Origin: a virus
Lineage: Duplodnaviria > Caudoviricetes
Strand: one strand, 5' to 3'
Virus record (IMG/VR): IMGVR_UViG_3300031718_000007
Location: 1,789-65,788 of that record
Length of the DNA stretch: 64,000 bases
In this document: one piece after another, positions 10,248 through 20,872 of the stretch
Layout: the number at the start of each line of letters is the position of its first letter
How positions within the stretch are numbered: position 1 is the first letter of the stretch
Made by a program: the position numbers and the translations under genes
The notes under the pieces: model-generated
Told to the model about the DNA's origin: nothing
The model's database searches: none
The model's input: only the letters and a program-made list of their open reading frames with translations

Positions 10248-10319
10248 TTTGCGCCCTTAGAGGCCCGCGTGCCAAGACCCCGGCGAGCCTATGCAGCGGG
10301 ACTTATCAAAGGGTTAAAG

Positions 10320-10748
10320 TTAGTTCGTGTACGTCAGCTTCTGCTTGAGCTTATTGGCAAACTGGACGTGCTCGACCTGCTCCACGTCCACATACTGTGT
10401 GTGGTCCTGCGGGTTGTAAATTCGCACGGTCGTCATCCGCCGGGTCCCGGGGACCTCCACGAAATCACTGGGGTTCGGAGGTTTAGGGGGCGGTCGTTGG
10501 CCCCCGCCGCCTCCACCGCCGCCAAAGCCACCGCCTCCACCGCCCCCGAAATAGAAATTATTCGGCCCCCAGCCCTGCCCGAGCATGTTCTGCAGGGTCT
10601 GGGCCATCTTGTTAATGGCCTGCAGCGCGCTCGCCAGATCAGTGGCGACCGGGATTTGCGGCGTGATCGGCGGGTCCGGCTGAACCGTGTTGCGGTTGGT
10701 ATTCAGATTGCAGACCGGCCCTTCATAATTGGTAGGGACGTTGGCCAT
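10320..10748 (-). CDS. putative virion protein
   Basis: 142 aa, TAATG-coupled to the tail nozzle gene, Gly-rich linker. Confidence 0.6.
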   Translation of the reverse strand: MANVPTNYEGPVCNLNTNRNTVQPDPPITPQIPVATDLASALQAINKMAQTLQNMLGQGWGPNNFYFGGGGGGGFGGGGGGGGQRPPPKPPNPSDFVEVPGTRRMTTVRIYNPQDHTQYVDVEQVEHVQFANKLKQKLTYTN

Positions 10749-13663
10749 TACACGTTCCCCAGTTCTTTCACAGAGGTCGCGATCTGCACGTTGGAAATGA
10801 TCACGCGGCCGTCAATCTCCCAAGCCCACTGTTCAGCTTTGAAGTCGCCAACGATGCGCAGCAACTCGCCGGACCGGCGGATTTCACGCGCGTCGACGAG
10901 GATCATTTCGCCGGTGCAGTCCACATCGGCGTAGGTCTTGATAATCCCCAACTGGTTGGCCGCGAGCGTGTTCCAACTAGGATCGTTGGCGCAGGCCTCG
11001 TTCGGGCAAGCGGCCTGGGCCGGCGTGTTCGGCGGCAGGGTGAAGAACACCCGGATCGCCGAGTAATTTTTCTTGGTATTTTGTTGATATATTTTGCTTT
11101 TCCAGGTGTACGGCGCCATCGTGTAATTGGTGGTGCTGAAGTCGTAGAAGTACACGTTGCCGGCCGAGATCACCATCCCGATCCCGGTCCACGGGTCACT
11201 GAAAAGGTTGTCGATATCCGTGCCCAGATGGCTCACCTGCGGGATGAACCCGAGCCTGTGGCCACCCGGCTGCGGCCAGATGCTGAACGACTGATTGTCC
11301 TGATCAAGTTCAATCGTGAAACCTTGCTGCGCGACAGAGGTATCCACAGGGGTCACCGCCGGCGGCGACACGCTGCCAAAGCAGAAATAGCACGACGCCA
11401 GGAAGATTGCGCGCGTGTACTTCTGCGGCGTCAGGGTCTGCCAGCCTTCGCGGGTGAACCACAAGTCAGTTGTGTTGCTCACGATCCCGGTGTTCGTCAC
11501 GTTCATGAGCCCGTTGGGCGACATGTAGACCACGGAGTTCTCGCCGCTGAGGATGCTTCCGCGGCTCATGCAGGGGGCGGACACAGGGCATTTCAGCGGC
11601 GTCATGGCGGCAGGGTTGATGCCAGTCAGCACGTACGGGTTCGCACCTGTGCATACCACCAGCGCGCCGTTCGCCACCCCGAGCCCGACGATCGGGTACT
11701 CCGTAGTCTGCACGTAGCCCGGCGGCCACGCGTGCGGGTGATACGGCTCGCAGAACCAAATCTCGTTCGCCTTGAAGCCGGCCATGATGCCGTTGGGCAA
11801 TGCGACCATACCCTGCAGGTTGGCAGGGGGCGGGAACCAGTTCGTGCTCGCGATCTGGTTGTTCAGCGACACGTAGTTGTCCGGCAACGCGTCGGTGAAG
11901 CTTTCCGTCGTCGAGGCGAGCCCGCTGATCGGGTTACCGTTGACTGTAACGGTGGGCGACCCGAGGTCAGACAAGCCGCCATACCACGGCCCCGCGGTGT
12001 AGTTCAGGCTGAAGGCCCAGTCAGACAGGCGCAAGGTGGCAACATAGAAGAACACAGCGCCGCCACCGGTCCCCGTGACTGTTCTGTAGAGGTTGATGTA
12101 CGAGAGATCGCGCAGGATACCCATGTCGTCGGCAAGGGGCGGGAATATCTGGGTGATCGACCAGACGCCATTGCTCCATCCGTTGACCAGCGTAGCCGGC
12201 GACGGCGGACCTTCCTCGTTATACGCGCTCTGATAGGTATAGAAATACGCACGGCCCTCGATCACGTCGCTGGTCAAGAGATCAGCGAACATCTGGATAT
12301 TCGCGTTGCCCGCGCTCGCCGCCGGCGCTTCACCGGGCGGACCATTCGCAAACGTGTTCGCAAACGTGCTCATGCTGGCGCCCTGCGCCGCCTGCCACGT
12401 CTCCGCGCTATCGGTCATGAAACCGATCCAGTATTGCGTGTTCGCGTTGAGCCCGGATGGGTTCTCAAATGCACTCGATGTGCTCACGTTCGCCGTGATG
12501 CCAGTGACGACAAAGCCAGTGTTCAGCAGTTCGCCGGGCACGCCGCCATTATCGGCGTAGAGCAGCGCTGCGAAGTTGCAGTTCACGTCCGTGGACTGCG
12601 GGATGATCTGCACGTCTTGTATCTGGGTGCCGCCTGTCGGCTTGATCGGAATGAGATACACATAGTTGCCCAGGCCGCTGACCGTACCTGCAGCGGCGTT
12701 CGGAGCGCCCATCTGCAGGTTGTTACCGCCGCCTGTAACGCTCACACCGGGCGAGCACCCGGGAGCCGGCACGCCAAGCTGCCACGGTGGCATGCCTGCA
12801 ACGATGCGAGCGCGTGTGTTGTACTGCGGCGTCTGGCTCGGGCTCGCGAAGTAATAGCGGTCCCAGCTATCGTTGACCACCTGGGAGCGGACCACGTTCG
12901 TGTCCGGGTCGGGGAATTCCAGCCACGTCGCCGGGCCGGTGATGATGTTGTTGAAATTTGGATTGCTGCCACCTTGATACGTCGTGGTCACGTCGGCGAA
13001 GGCGAGCAGGTCTTTGAGCCATGTAGTACGCACGTTTACGGTGCTCTCGGCCACACCGATCTCGTTAAACGACGTACCGAAGTCCACACTGCCAATCTGA
13101 AGATAGCTGTAATTAGTGCCACCGATATTCGCGACGCCAGTAGTAGAAGCAGGAAGCCCCGTAAGGGGTGTCGCGCCGGGCGGGTATGAAAGCACATTCT
13201 CGTTGGCCACCGTGAACGAACCATAGAGCACCCCCGAATTGGTGTTCTGCCCGCTGTCCGTCGTGAGGGCTGCCAGCGCGTTAGCCGCGCTCGCCGCCGT
13301 CGTAGCACCGATCAGGATTTGATAAGGAAAGCCAATCTGTCCGGGTATGCCGCCCGAAATTACACCAAGCGCATTGACCCATGTATAGGTGATCTCGCCA
13401 ATGGTGAACGTGTCACCGTTGTTGGGTTGCGCCTTAAAGACCAGATACGCGAGCGCTTGCGTCTCGCTGATCGTCGGCAGACGATACACGAAGCGCGCCG
13501 CGGAGTTGGTCAGCGTGCGCAAGAAAGATGGCACACGCCATCCCTTCAGCGCGCCGCTGAACAGATAAGCGTTTTGGCAGTCGGCGGCTTGGCCATTCGG
13601 GAGCAGGTGATCATCCCATGCCGGCAAACGCCCGCCGAACTGCTCAAGCTTAAGGGCCGGCAT
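10748..13663 (-). CDS. tail nozzle / stabilisation protein (beta-propeller type)
   Basis: 971 aa, beta-rich, GIMAGF..NEIWFCEPYHPHAWP motif, located just before the ejection proteins. Confidence 0.7.
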   Translation of the reverse strand: MPALKLEQFGGRLPAWDDHLLPNGQAADCQNAYLFSGALKGWRVPSFLRTLTNSAARFVYRLPTISETQALAYLVFKAQPNNGDTFTIGEITYTWVNALGVISGGIPGQIGFPYQILIGATTAASAANALAALTTDSGQNTNSGVLYGSFTVANENVLSYPPGATPLTGLPASTTGVANIGGTNYSYLQIGSVDFGTSFNEIGVAESTVNVRTTWLKDLLAFADVTTTYQGGSNPNFNNIITGPATWLEFPDPDTNVVRSQVVNDSWDRYYFASPSQTPQYNTRARIVAGMPPWQLGVPAPGCSPGVSVTGGGNNLQMGAPNAAAGTVSGLGNYVYLIPIKPTGGTQIQDVQIIPQSTDVNCNFAALLYADNGGVPGELLNTGFVVTGITANVSTSSAFENPSGLNANTQYWIGFMTDSAETWQAAQGASMSTFANTFANGPPGEAPAASAGNANIQMFADLLTSDVIEGRAYFYTYQSAYNEEGPPSPATLVNGWSNGVWSITQIFPPLADDMGILRDLSYINLYRTVTGTGGGAVFFYVATLRLSDWAFSLNYTAGPWYGGLSDLGSPTVTVNGNPISGLASTTESFTDALPDNYVSLNNQIASTNWFPPPANLQGMVALPNGIMAGFKANEIWFCEPYHPHAWPPGYVQTTEYPIVGLGVANGALVVCTGANPYVLTGINPAAMTPLKCPVSAPCMSRGSILSGENSVVYMSPNGLMNVTNTGIVSNTTDLWFTREGWQTLTPQKYTRAIFLASCYFCFGSVSPPAVTPVDTSVAQQGFTIELDQDNQSFSIWPQPGGHRLGFIPQVSHLGTDIDNLFSDPWTGIGMVISAGNVYFYDFSTTNYTMAPYTWKSKIYQQNTKKNYSAIRVFFTLPPNTPAQAACPNEACANDPSWNTLAANQLGIIKTYADVDCTGEMILVDAREIRRSGELLRIVGDFKAEQWAWEIDGRVIISNVQIATSVKELGNV

Positions 13664-13672
13664 AGGAGCACC

Positions 13673-14251
13673 TTACAGCGACTTCACCGTCCGGGTTGGC
13701 GTGTGGGCGGATGCGTCAGTCTTGAGGGGCGGCTGCGTGTAATCAGCCGGACGGAACACGGGGACCATCTTTGCCCCACCCGCCACGTCGACCGGAGGGG
13801 TATTCACGCGGCCGCCGCGGAGTGCGGCATGATGCTCGTTCAGCTTGGCGCCGGCGGCCATTTCCAGTTTGGTCTGCTCAGCTACGGCCGGGGCCACAGG
13901 CTGGGTGACCACGCGCGGCGAGCAAGTTTCCTCGCGGGCCGCATAATAGCGCTTCATAAAATCGCGGCGTTTCTCGTCCTGCTCAGACTTCCAGGCTTCC
14001 TCAGCCGCATCACGGGCGTTCAGCTTGGGAGCATCGGCTTTTGGCGAGGCTGTCGGGATCGGCGCAAAATCCGGAGGCGTCTCAGGTTCCTCGTCAGCTA
14101 GGGCCATCTTGAAGCGCACGGGGGCTTCATCCGGCATAACGAGATTGATGGGTTCGGAAGGGACTGCGGGCTGATATTCAGCTACTAGCCCGGTCTGAAC
14201 CGCTGGTTCCTGCGGCGTCGGCTCCTGGCGATCCTGGGGGTTGGCTTCCAT
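13673..14251 (-). CDS. hypothetical protein
   Basis: 192-aa ORF with AGGAG SD, co-oriented in the late operon. Confidence 0.6.
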   Translation of the reverse strand: MEANPQDRQEPTPQEPAVQTGLVAEYQPAVPSEPINLVMPDEAPVRFKMALADEEPETPPDFAPIPTASPKADAPKLNARDAAEEAWKSEQDEKRRDFMKRYYAAREETCSPRVVTQPVAPAVAEQTKLEMAAGAKLNEHHAALRGGRVNTPPVDVAGGAKMVPVFRPADYTQPPLKTDASAHTPTRTVKSL

Positions 14252-14395
14252 TGTCTTCTCCTGATGCTTGTGGCGACAAGGCGTCGCCGGCGGCTAAATC
14301 TGCACCGTGGTTACGCCGAACGCCGTGCCCTATAGACACGCTGTGCGGCTTAATCAGCGCTGGGAGCAGCGTATGATCTGAAAGTTTACGGCTCA

Positions 14396-14614
14396 TTAAA
14401 CAAGCCGGTAACGCTTGGTCAGCGCATCCTGCACATAGCCGCGGCCAAGCTTGTCAATCTGGCGTTTGCCTTTCTTGGGACCCGGCAACTGATGCCATAT
14501 TTCACTGACCACTGCGTCAAGCGCCTGCAGGGTATCAGATACGCGCGCGTGCGGGTGCTCATCAATGACCGCCCAGAACTCGTCGTGCATCTGTTGTTTA
14601 TGGGTCTTGGCCAT
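14396..14614 (-). CDS. hypothetical protein
   Basis: 72 aa, GGAGG SD. Confidence 0.6.
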   Translation of the reverse strand: MAKTHKQQMHDEFWAVIDEHPHARVSDTLQALDAVVSEIWHQLPGPKKGKRQIDKLGRGYVQDALTKRYRLV

Positions 14615-14627
14615 GGGGGCCTCCGGG

Positions 14628-14822
14628 TTAGCTATTGATCTTCCGTGCCGTCCGCGCGAGCGCCGCCTGACGTTTGGTCTTGGTCGACGCGGTCGGAGAG
14701 TTCTTCACGTCCTCGGCATAGGCCTGCGTGCTCTCGCCGTGCGCCTTAGCCTTCGCCTTAAACTGGCCGTGGGAGTTGGCGAACGCCTTCTCCATCCAGT
14801 GCGAATTTGCTCCTTCGGGCAT
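14628..14822 (-). CDS. small basic phage protein
   Basis: 64 aa, W...A....G and AxLARTxRK pattern seen in small phage proteins; GAGGA SD. Confidence 0.6.
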   Translation of the reverse strand: MPEGANSHWMEKAFANSHGQFKAKAKAHGESTQAYAEDVKNSPTASTKTKRQAALARTARKINS

Positions 14823-14829
14823 GATATCC

Positions 14830-14934
14830 TCACTTGCTTAAGAACGACGCGATCACGCAAATCGCGAATATAAACGCGAAGATCGTGGCGACGATGGACC
14901 CAGCTATCTTGTTTTGTTGGTCCTCCGTCATCAT
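14830..14934 (-). CDS. 34-aa single-pass membrane peptide (not in ORF track)
   Basis: MMTEDQQNKIAGSIVATIFAFIFAICVIASFLSK; GAGGG SD; fills the gap between its neighbours. Confidence 0.55.
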   Translation of the reverse strand: MMTEDQQNKIAGSIVATIFAFIFAICVIASFLSK

Positions 14935-14944
14935 TGGTCTGCCC

Positions 14945-15379
14945 TCACTTGTTCAGGCAGGCGAGCACCTTGGCCTGTTTGGCTTCGCTCACCCCGCGCT
15001 CACGCATCGCTTGTATGATCGTCTCACGACTGAAGTTGTACGCGATAGCAGGGATTTGCTTACAAAAATCTGAACGCCGGGAAGCGCGCGGGCGCCCCAC
15101 CCAGAAGTCAGGCGAGCCGCGCCTAGTAACATGCGACCGGGTCGGGCTCGTATCCACCGGGCGCGTTCCATGGCGATGGGTCCGAGTTGGCGAGACAGTC
15201 TCCCTGCGCGGCGTAGGAGCCGCTTCCGTAGGGCGGGCAGCGTTATTATCGAACGTGCTCGTAGTTACAGGCGCTGTAACCGGCGGTCGTGGACGCCGCT
15301 GCCAGTATAGGTCGGCTCCAAGGCCGGCAAGGAAGACAAGCACAGCGAGTTCCACGAGAGCAGTTTTCCATTTGATCAT
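14945..15379 (-). CDS. membrane-anchored protein downstream of the spanins
   Basis: N-terminal TM segment; TAATG coupling to the o-spanin gene. Confidence 0.55.
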   Translation of the reverse strand: MIKWKTALVELAVLVFLAGLGADLYWQRRPRPPVTAPVTTSTFDNNAARPTEAAPTPRRETVSPTRTHRHGTRPVDTSPTRSHVTRRGSPDFWVGRPRASRRSDFCKQIPAIAYNFSRETIIQAMRERGVSEAKQAKVLACLNK

Positions 15380-15618
15380 TAGTGCCTCCGGTACTGCGGG
15401 CAGCCGAGATACGTGCCAACCTGATTGCGCCGCTTGAGATCAGGCGCGAGGTCAGGGCCGGCATAGCGGCGGCTCTTGGGGACGTAGGTGTTATACCGGA
15501 TCGGGCCGATCAGCGCCGAACACGCAGGCGCAAGGCGTTTCTCTGGTTTGGGGCCGCCGGCGCAGCCGGTCAATCCCAGCAAGAGCACGACCAGCAAAAT
15601 GAGCAGGATCAGCTTCAT
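15379..15618 (-). CDS. o-spanin (Rz1-like outer-membrane lipoprotein)
   Basis: MKLILLILLVVLLLGLTGC signal peptide with LTGC lipobox; Pro-rich mature part; in lysis cassette. Confidence 0.7.
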   Translation of the reverse strand: MKLILLILLVVLLLGLTGCAGGPKPEKRLAPACSALIGPIRYNTYVPKSRRYAGPDLAPDLKRRNQVGTYLGCPQYRRH

Positions 15619-15619
15619 A

Positions 15620-15931
15620 TCAGTTGCTCCGGCTGTCGTACGGATCAGCGGCCTTGCGCGATCGAGGCGTGTTGGTCCTGGCCACCGCGTTGTCGACCGT
15701 GGCTGCCACCACCTGTTCCTGTGCGTTCGTTCGCACTTTCTCGTCATGAATGCCCATAACCTCGCCGAACAGGAACATTCCAATCACAAACGCGAGCCAG
15801 AGGCAAGTCTTCCGGCCGACCGGGCTAGCGTAGGCCAAGAACAGGCACAGCGCGATGGCGCCGCCGGCCACGCCGACATGCAGGAGGATTTCTTTCACTC
15901 CGGCGAAAAACAGTGCGATAGGTGTGAACAT
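15620..15931 (-). CDS. i-spanin (Rz-like inner-membrane protein)
   Basis: Hydrophobic N-terminal helices then a helical tail, between endolysin and lipoprotein. Confidence 0.55.
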   Translation of the reverse strand: MFTPIALFFAGVKEILLHVGVAGGAIALCLFLAYASPVGRKTCLWLAFVIGMFLFGEVMGIHDEKVRTNAQEQVVAATVDNAVARTNTPRSRKAADPYDSRSN

Positions 15932-16468
15932 TTAATCGTTCCTGAAGCAGGCCACGCGCTCCTGGCGCCGGCGATTAACGAGCCCTTTGATTACCCGCCC
16001 GCCCCCGTGGGAGAATTTAAGGAAGTCATTGCACGCCCCTGGAAGAAGGTGCCCGTGCGCATCATAAGGGTTTCCGGGGTGTCCGAGCCTACCGGCATTG
16101 AGGTCGCGCACGACACTGGATCGACAGACGCCAGCAGAGCCGATGTTATACGCCAAGCTAACCAGGGCAGCATGACGATGTGCAGGTAGAGCATCGTAGA
16201 CCTCCGGTTTGATACAGCGCTTCAGCGGCGCATCATACTTCGGTAAATCCTTTGCCAAAATTTGCAAGCATTCCTGTTTGGTGTACGTGCGGTTGAAGTC
16301 GATCCCGTCTGCCGCGGTCGCGCCATAGCAAATAGTCTTGACACCAACACTGTCTCGATAGGGATGCCCATAGTATCCCTCAAACGGTGCGATCATCGTG
16401 ATCGCGACGGCGATCCACGCATACTTGGAACCGTGAGCCTGCAGGTGATTAGCGACACGCTCAAACAT
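15932..16468 (-). CDS. endolysin, GH24 lysozyme, probable SAR type
   Basis: E-8x-D-5x-T catalytic triad (FEGYYGHPYRDSVGVKT), YNIG, GLVNRR; weakly hydrophobic N-terminal segment. Confidence 0.9.
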   Translation of the reverse strand: MFERVANHLQAHGSKYAWIAVAITMIAPFEGYYGHPYRDSVGVKTICYGATAADGIDFNRTYTKQECLQILAKDLPKYDAPLKRCIKPEVYDALPAHRHAALVSLAYNIGSAGVCRSSVVRDLNAGRLGHPGNPYDAHGHLLPGACNDFLKFSHGGGRVIKGLVNRRRQERVACFRND

Positions 16469-16688
16469 CAGGTATCCCTTTCTGGTGCGTCACGCGAGCG
16501 ATCATGATCAACACAGAGCCGACCATACAAAGCGCCAGCATCACGAACGGCGACAGCATCGACTGGAACGCCGGGAGCGCGACCCAGGCACCAGAGAGCA
16601 ACGCTACGCAGAACGCGATACGCATACTCCATAGCTGATGCCAATACCGCGCGTCCCGGTCAAGCCGAGCCGCGATCCACCGTTTGAT
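16461..16688 (-). CDS. putative holin with two TM segments (start uncertain: ATC at 16688 or ATG at 16625)
   Basis: RDARYWHQLWSMR, two TM helices and an ARVTHQ ending; directly upstream of the endolysin; not in ORF track. Confidence 0.65.
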   Translation of the reverse strand: MKRWIAARLDRDARYWHQLWSMRIAFCVALLSGAWVALPAFQSMLSPFVMLALCMVGSVLIMIARVTHQKGIPDV

Positions 16689-16960
16689 TACGCCCCCGTC
16701 GGGCCGGTAGCGCCCGTAGGAGCGGCCGAAGGGACTGCCGGCTGGGACGCCAGATAAGCCTCGTAGTCCGCCTTGAATTGTGCCCAGTTGGTGCGCTTAG
16801 CCGCAAGGGTAGCGCTCGCCGCGGCTTGCGTGGCCTTCAGCTTCGCCGCGGCGATATCCGCGTTGGCCTTTTGCTGGATCGCTGCGATCTCCGCATCCAC
16901 GCTGGACGCAGCGCTCGAAGCGAACGGCAGAAGGGCCTTGAAAAACGATCCGATGGACAT
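16688..16960 (-). CDS. Ala-rich helical protein ending in a short collagen-like tail
   Basis: MSIGSFFK start with AGGAG SD; C-terminus [10 protein letters not shown]. Confidence 0.6.
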   Translation of the reverse strand: MSIGSFFKALLPFASSAASSVDAEIAAIQQKANADIAAAKLKATQAAASATLAAKRTNWAQFKADYEAYLASQPAVPSAAPTGATGPTGA

Positions 16961-17009
16961 GGTGAACTCTCCTGTTCGTAGCCAGTCTACAGGCCACGCA
17001 GTAAAGAAA

Positions 17010-18548
17010 TTATGCAATGCGCCAGATGTTAAGCCAAGTCAATTGCGCGGCACCGCTATCTTGGATTGTGGTATTATGCTCAAACTGACAGAATAGTTCT
17101 ACAAAGTCTCCCGCGATCAGATTGAGCAGCCCGTGGATCGGACCGGTTCCTTCGGTCGCATCATCGGTTGCGAAACCACCGCCGTAAACACCGGCCCCGT
17201 TCACATAAATAAAAGCATAAGCATAGTTTCCCGCGACAAGAGACCCCCCTGTCGCGCGGACATTCGCAACCACGGCATAGATACCAGAATTCGAGACCGT
17301 AATTTTTCCGCTCGCAAAGGTCAGGCCACTGCCGATAAATTTCGACAAGTTCAATGGGACTTTCGAGATCGTGGTGGCAGTATACCCAGTTGTCCCAGTC
17401 AAATAAAATGCGCCATAACAACCAAAGCCTGACCCCTGTGCGCCTGTACTGCCGGTAGGTCCCGTCGCACCCGTCGGCCCAGTAGAACCGGTCGGACCCG
17501 TCGGCCCCGAGACGCCCGTAGGGCCAGTCGGCCCAAGCTGACCGAACGAAATATAGCACAGATCGCCGACGGTGAAAGTTCCGAAAGCATAAAGCGGCGT
17601 GATGTTCAGCGTTTCCCACTGTGAGTTCGGCGATTGCGAGCTAGCCGTAAAGCTAAACAACGCGTTGTTCACAGTGTCGACGATATTGACAATGATCGGG
17701 CCGTTCAGCAGCGGCGTGGAGAATACGTTTCCAATGCTCTGGGCAAACGCGTCAGTGAACGCAACCATCACATGCGCGGCAGACGCGAGAGACGCGTTAT
17801 CAGCAGCGAAATTGCCGGCGCCAGGGTTGCTCCCACTGGCTAGATGCGACGCAAACAAGAACGGATATCCAAGCCCGATGCCTGCTGACCCCGTTGGCCC
17901 GGTGTTACCGGTTGGGCCGGTCACTGTGCTCGCAGCGCCTACTGATCCCGTAGGACCGGTAGCGCCGGTCAACCCAACCGAGCCAGTCGGCCCGGTAGGA
18001 CCAGTAAACCCCACAGCACCAGCAGGGCCTTGCGTTCCCGTAGGGCCGGTGTTACCGGTGTAACCGGTAACACCGGTAGCTCCCACACCCGTTGGGCCGG
18101 TAGGGCCGCCAGCGGGGCCAGTCGGGCCAAGTGGCCCAGTAGCACCCGTCGTAGATGCAAAACCATCCGATCCAGTAGCGCCAGTCGGGCCGATGATCAA
18201 CGGCACGGGGTTGGGCAAGTTGGTTTGAACACTCGGGCTCTGAATTTTGAAGATGATCGTGTAGTTCAGCGTCTCCCCGCGCGAGGTCTGCACCTGCAGG
18301 GAGATCGTGAACACTTCGAACGCCGTGTTAGCCGTCACGAAAAACTGGACGATTTGTTGGTCATCAGGCAGGAGCGCCGGGCTAGTCGCCGTGGAGACCT
18401 GACTGGTCGAACTGGCCGTGGCGCTCGTGAGAATATTATGCTCGCCTAGATAGTCCCGGAAGTGCGCAAGCACGCGGATAGTGTCGCCAGCAACGATCGC
18501 GTGCTCGCCCAGATCACCGTCAGCGCTCTGAACGTTTAACTCAATCAT
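17010..18548 (-). CDS. collagen-like tail fibre with C1q/BclA-CTD-like tip
   Basis: N-terminal adaptor domain, two G-X-T runs, C-terminal KVPL..G..T...GIY...L.L.AGD.VELF jelly-roll pattern. Confidence 0.8.
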   Translation of the reverse strand: MIELNVQSADGDLGEHAIVAGDTIRVLAHFRDYLGEHNILTSATASSTSQVSTATSPALLPDDQQIVQFFVTANTAFEVFTISLQVQTSRGETLNYTIIFKIQSPSVQTNLPNPVPLIIGPTGATGSDGFASTTGATGPLGPTGPAGGPTGPTGVGATGVTGYTGNTGPTGTQGPAGAVGFTGPTGPTGSVGLTGATGPTGSVGAASTVTGPTGNTGPTGSAGIGLGYPFLFASHLASGSNPGAGNFAADNASLASAAHVMVAFTDAFAQSIGNVFSTPLLNGPIIVNIVDTVNNALFSFTASSQSPNSQWETLNITPLYAFGTFTVGDLCYISFGQLGPTGPTGVSGPTGPTGSTGPTGATGPTGSTGAQGSGFGCYGAFYLTGTTGYTATTISKVPLNLSKFIGSGLTFASGKITVSNSGIYAVVANVRATGGSLVAGNYAYAFIYVNGAGVYGGGFATDDATEGTGPIHGLLNLIAGDFVELFCQFEHNTTIQDSGAAQLTWLNIWRIA

Positions 18549-19123
18549 GTCGCCTGAACCTGTGAAGTGAGCACGCCGTTCGTGAAAGTCATCGAGCCCG
18601 CGGCGCCGGCCGAAGTCAGCTTCGCCGTGGTGACGGTGACTGTGAGACCCGCTGCAGCGGCGCCAGTGGGGCCCGTGATGCCCGTCGGGCCCGTCGGACC
18701 CGCGCTCGGACCTGTAACGCCAGTCGGGCCGGTCGGCCCAGAAGCCGGGCCAGTAGCGCCGGTCGGACCGATGATCAGCGCTTGCGGGTTCGGCGTGATG
18801 GTCTCAGTGACCGGCGCGTCGACGTGAAAGATCAGCGTCCAGTTCGTGGTCTGGCCGGTGCTGTCGGTGACGTTGAACGCCGCAGTGAAGACCTCGAACG
18901 CATTATTCGACGTGATAAAGAACGTGAAACTCTTATAATCGTCCCAGAGCACCGGCACGGAAACCGTGGAGATCGAAGACGTTACAGACGCTGTAACGCC
19001 CGTGAGGACGTTCCGCCCGAGCACGCCTTCGAAGCGAACCCGATACTCACGCTTATCCCCGCCGACGATGTTCAGGTCACCGAGGTAGCCTGTATCCAGG
19101 TTGAATGCTTCGATCTCGCGCAT
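18545..19123 (-). CDS. short collagen-like fibre/adaptor, paralog of the N-terminus of 17010-18548
   Basis: Shared AFEVFT...[13 protein letters not shown] domain followed by GPT repeats. Confidence 0.75.
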   Translation of the reverse strand: MREIEAFNLDTGYLGDLNIVGGDKREYRVRFEGVLGRNVLTGVTASVTSSISTVSVPVLWDDYKSFTFFITSNNAFEVFTAAFNVTDSTGQTTNWTLIFHVDAPVTETITPNPQALIIGPTGATGPASGPTGPTGVTGPSAGPTGPTGITGPTGAAAAGLTVTVTTAKLTSAGAAGSMTFTNGVLTSQVQAT

Positions 19124-19124
19124 G

Positions 19125-19865
19125 TTAAAATCCTACCAGTGCGACTTGCGCTCGTTGACCAAGAGCGGCGGTACTATCACCCGTAACTGCAAACAGGATC
19201 ATAACGCAATCGGGGTTCGGGTTTGTATCGCCCATCAGTTTAGTAACGTTCGATTGTGACGAACTAACGATTAAAGTGGCCATTGAGACCTCGTTATCCC
19301 ATACAGCCGGAGAATGATCATTGATCGTAACTTGAGACGTAAATCCACTTGAAATAGCAGGGGACCCTCCACTATTACTTGCAACACACCATTCCACCAG
19401 CACGTTATCTGCAAGCGTCGTTGAAAATGTGATAGCACATTGAGTGTTCGTGTTGGCCTTCAAATCGACCGCCGGCAAACTTGTGTTCGGGTCAATGAAC
19501 GGAGGCACGCTATTTGGTGAGCCGCTTATTGCCAAAAAACATACAGTGCCGCCATCGGTTGCATGACTGTAGTTAACCGTGACAACCTCAGTCGTTAACT
19601 GAGTAAGCGGAAACGCCTGCCAAATTTCAACATCCATCAAGGCAGTAAATTGCCCGGACATAGACTGCTGGGTAGAAAACAATTTGGTCCAGGTCGCGTG
19701 CGAAGACGTAACAGAAGTCACATTTGGGGCAGCCGAGACCGAGTTTTGTTCGGCACTGATGATCAGATAACATACGCGGTTGGTGCCGCTCGTGTTAACC
19801 GTAATCGTCCCCGATGATGCACCGTTAATGCTAGCGCTTGTCGCATTTTCAACTGCGAGGGCCAT
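19125..19865 (-). CDS. Ser/Thr-rich beta protein, putative fibre tip or receptor-binding subunit
   Basis: 246 aa, visibly more AT-rich than its flanks, within the fibre cluster. Confidence 0.6.
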   Translation of the reverse strand: MALAVENATSASINGASSGTITVNTSGTNRVCYLIISAEQNSVSAAPNVTSVTSSHATWTKLFSTQQSMSGQFTALMDVEIWQAFPLTQLTTEVVTVNYSHATDGGTVCFLAISGSPNSVPPFIDPNTSLPAVDLKANTNTQCAITFSTTLADNVLVEWCVASNSGGSPAISSGFTSQVTINDHSPAVWDNEVSMATLIVSSSQSNVTKLMGDTNPNPDCVMILFAVTGDSTAALGQRAQVALVGF

Positions 19866-19869
19866 AGAT

Positions 19870-20871
19870 TTAGCTCCGCGTAGTTTTCAGCGTCACGACA
19901 ACCCGCTGACAAGTCGCAATGCTCTTAACGTTGAACGCGAGCACACTGCCGGCAGCGATGGATGTATTCCACCCTGACAGCGTACTGTCTTGCATCTTAT
20001 ACGTTGACGAAATCGAAGGTGTATCGCTGGCCGTGATGCTGTCGCCGACCACTGGATGCGTCGCGCCCGCATCAAACTGCGCATACGTGCATTTCCAGAT
20101 ATCGACGGTAATTGAACCAGTTTGATCAGCCAGCATCGTAACCTGATTGATCGTCATGGCCTCATCGAGAAAGATGTATCCGCGGACACCAGTAGAAATT
20201 GTCGAACCACCGCCGTCAATTATGAAATTGATATCACTGAGAAGCCCCGTACCTGTGGCGCCAGTGGCACCTGTAGCACCCGTAGGGCCAGTCGGGCCTC
20301 CGCTCGGGCCGGTATTACCAGTCGCGCCAGTGTTAGCCGCCGTCCCCGCCGGACCAGTGTTGCCTGTGGGGCCAGTTGGCCCTGGTACTGTGCTCACAGG
20401 CCCAGTAGGGCCAGTCTGCGTGCTCGCGGCGCCAGTCGGTCCAGTGATAGAGTTGCCGGGCGGTCCAGTAAAACCTGTCTGGCCGGTGGGGCCGGTAACG
20501 CCAGCGCCAGTCGGTCCAGTGTTACCTGTCGGGCCGCCGTTTGGGCCAGTATAGCCGGTAGGACCAGTCCCAAGCGGCCCAGTTGGGCCCGTTGCGCCGA
20601 TACCCGTGGGGCCGGTGGCGCCGGTGTTTGTGGCGCTGCTCGCCGGCCCAGTGAAGCCAGTCGGGCCAGTGAAGCCGGTGGGGCCAGTTGAGCCAGTGTT
20701 GCCGGTCACGCCGGTCGGTCCTGTGCCGATCGGGCCCGTAGAGCCAGTGAAGCCAGTCGGACCCGTCGGGCCGCCGAATGCTCCGTTCGGGCCGGTCGCA
20801 CCAGTGGGGCCTACTGAAATAACGACGGGGCGCGCGTAGACCGGGCTTGGCCCCTCGACGAAAACGGCCAT
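19870..20871 (-). CDS. collagen-like fibre protein
   Basis: Long interrupted GPT/GAT run followed by a beta-sandwich C-terminal domain. Confidence 0.8.
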   Translation of the reverse strand: MAVFVEGPSPVYARPVVISVGPTGATGPNGAFGGPTGPTGFTGSTGPIGTGPTGVTGNTGSTGPTGFTGPTGFTGPASSATNTGATGPTGIGATGPTGPLGTGPTGYTGPNGGPTGNTGPTGAGVTGPTGQTGFTGPPGNSITGPTGAASTQTGPTGPVSTVPGPTGPTGNTGPAGTAANTGATGNTGPSGGPTGPTGATGATGATGTGLLSDINFIIDGGGSTISTGVRGYIFLDEAMTINQVTMLADQTGSITVDIWKCTYAQFDAGATHPVVGDSITASDTPSISSTYKMQDSTLSGWNTSIAAGSVLAFNVKSIATCQRVVVTLKTTRS

Positions 20872-20872
20872 G

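Noticed and set aside
11081-13189. 702-aa plus-strand ORF and similar long antisense ORFs (1421-2329, 6946-7947, 22851-23801, 47554-48510)
   Set aside because: Shadow frames of real genes in high-GC DNA; Arg/His-rich with no motifs
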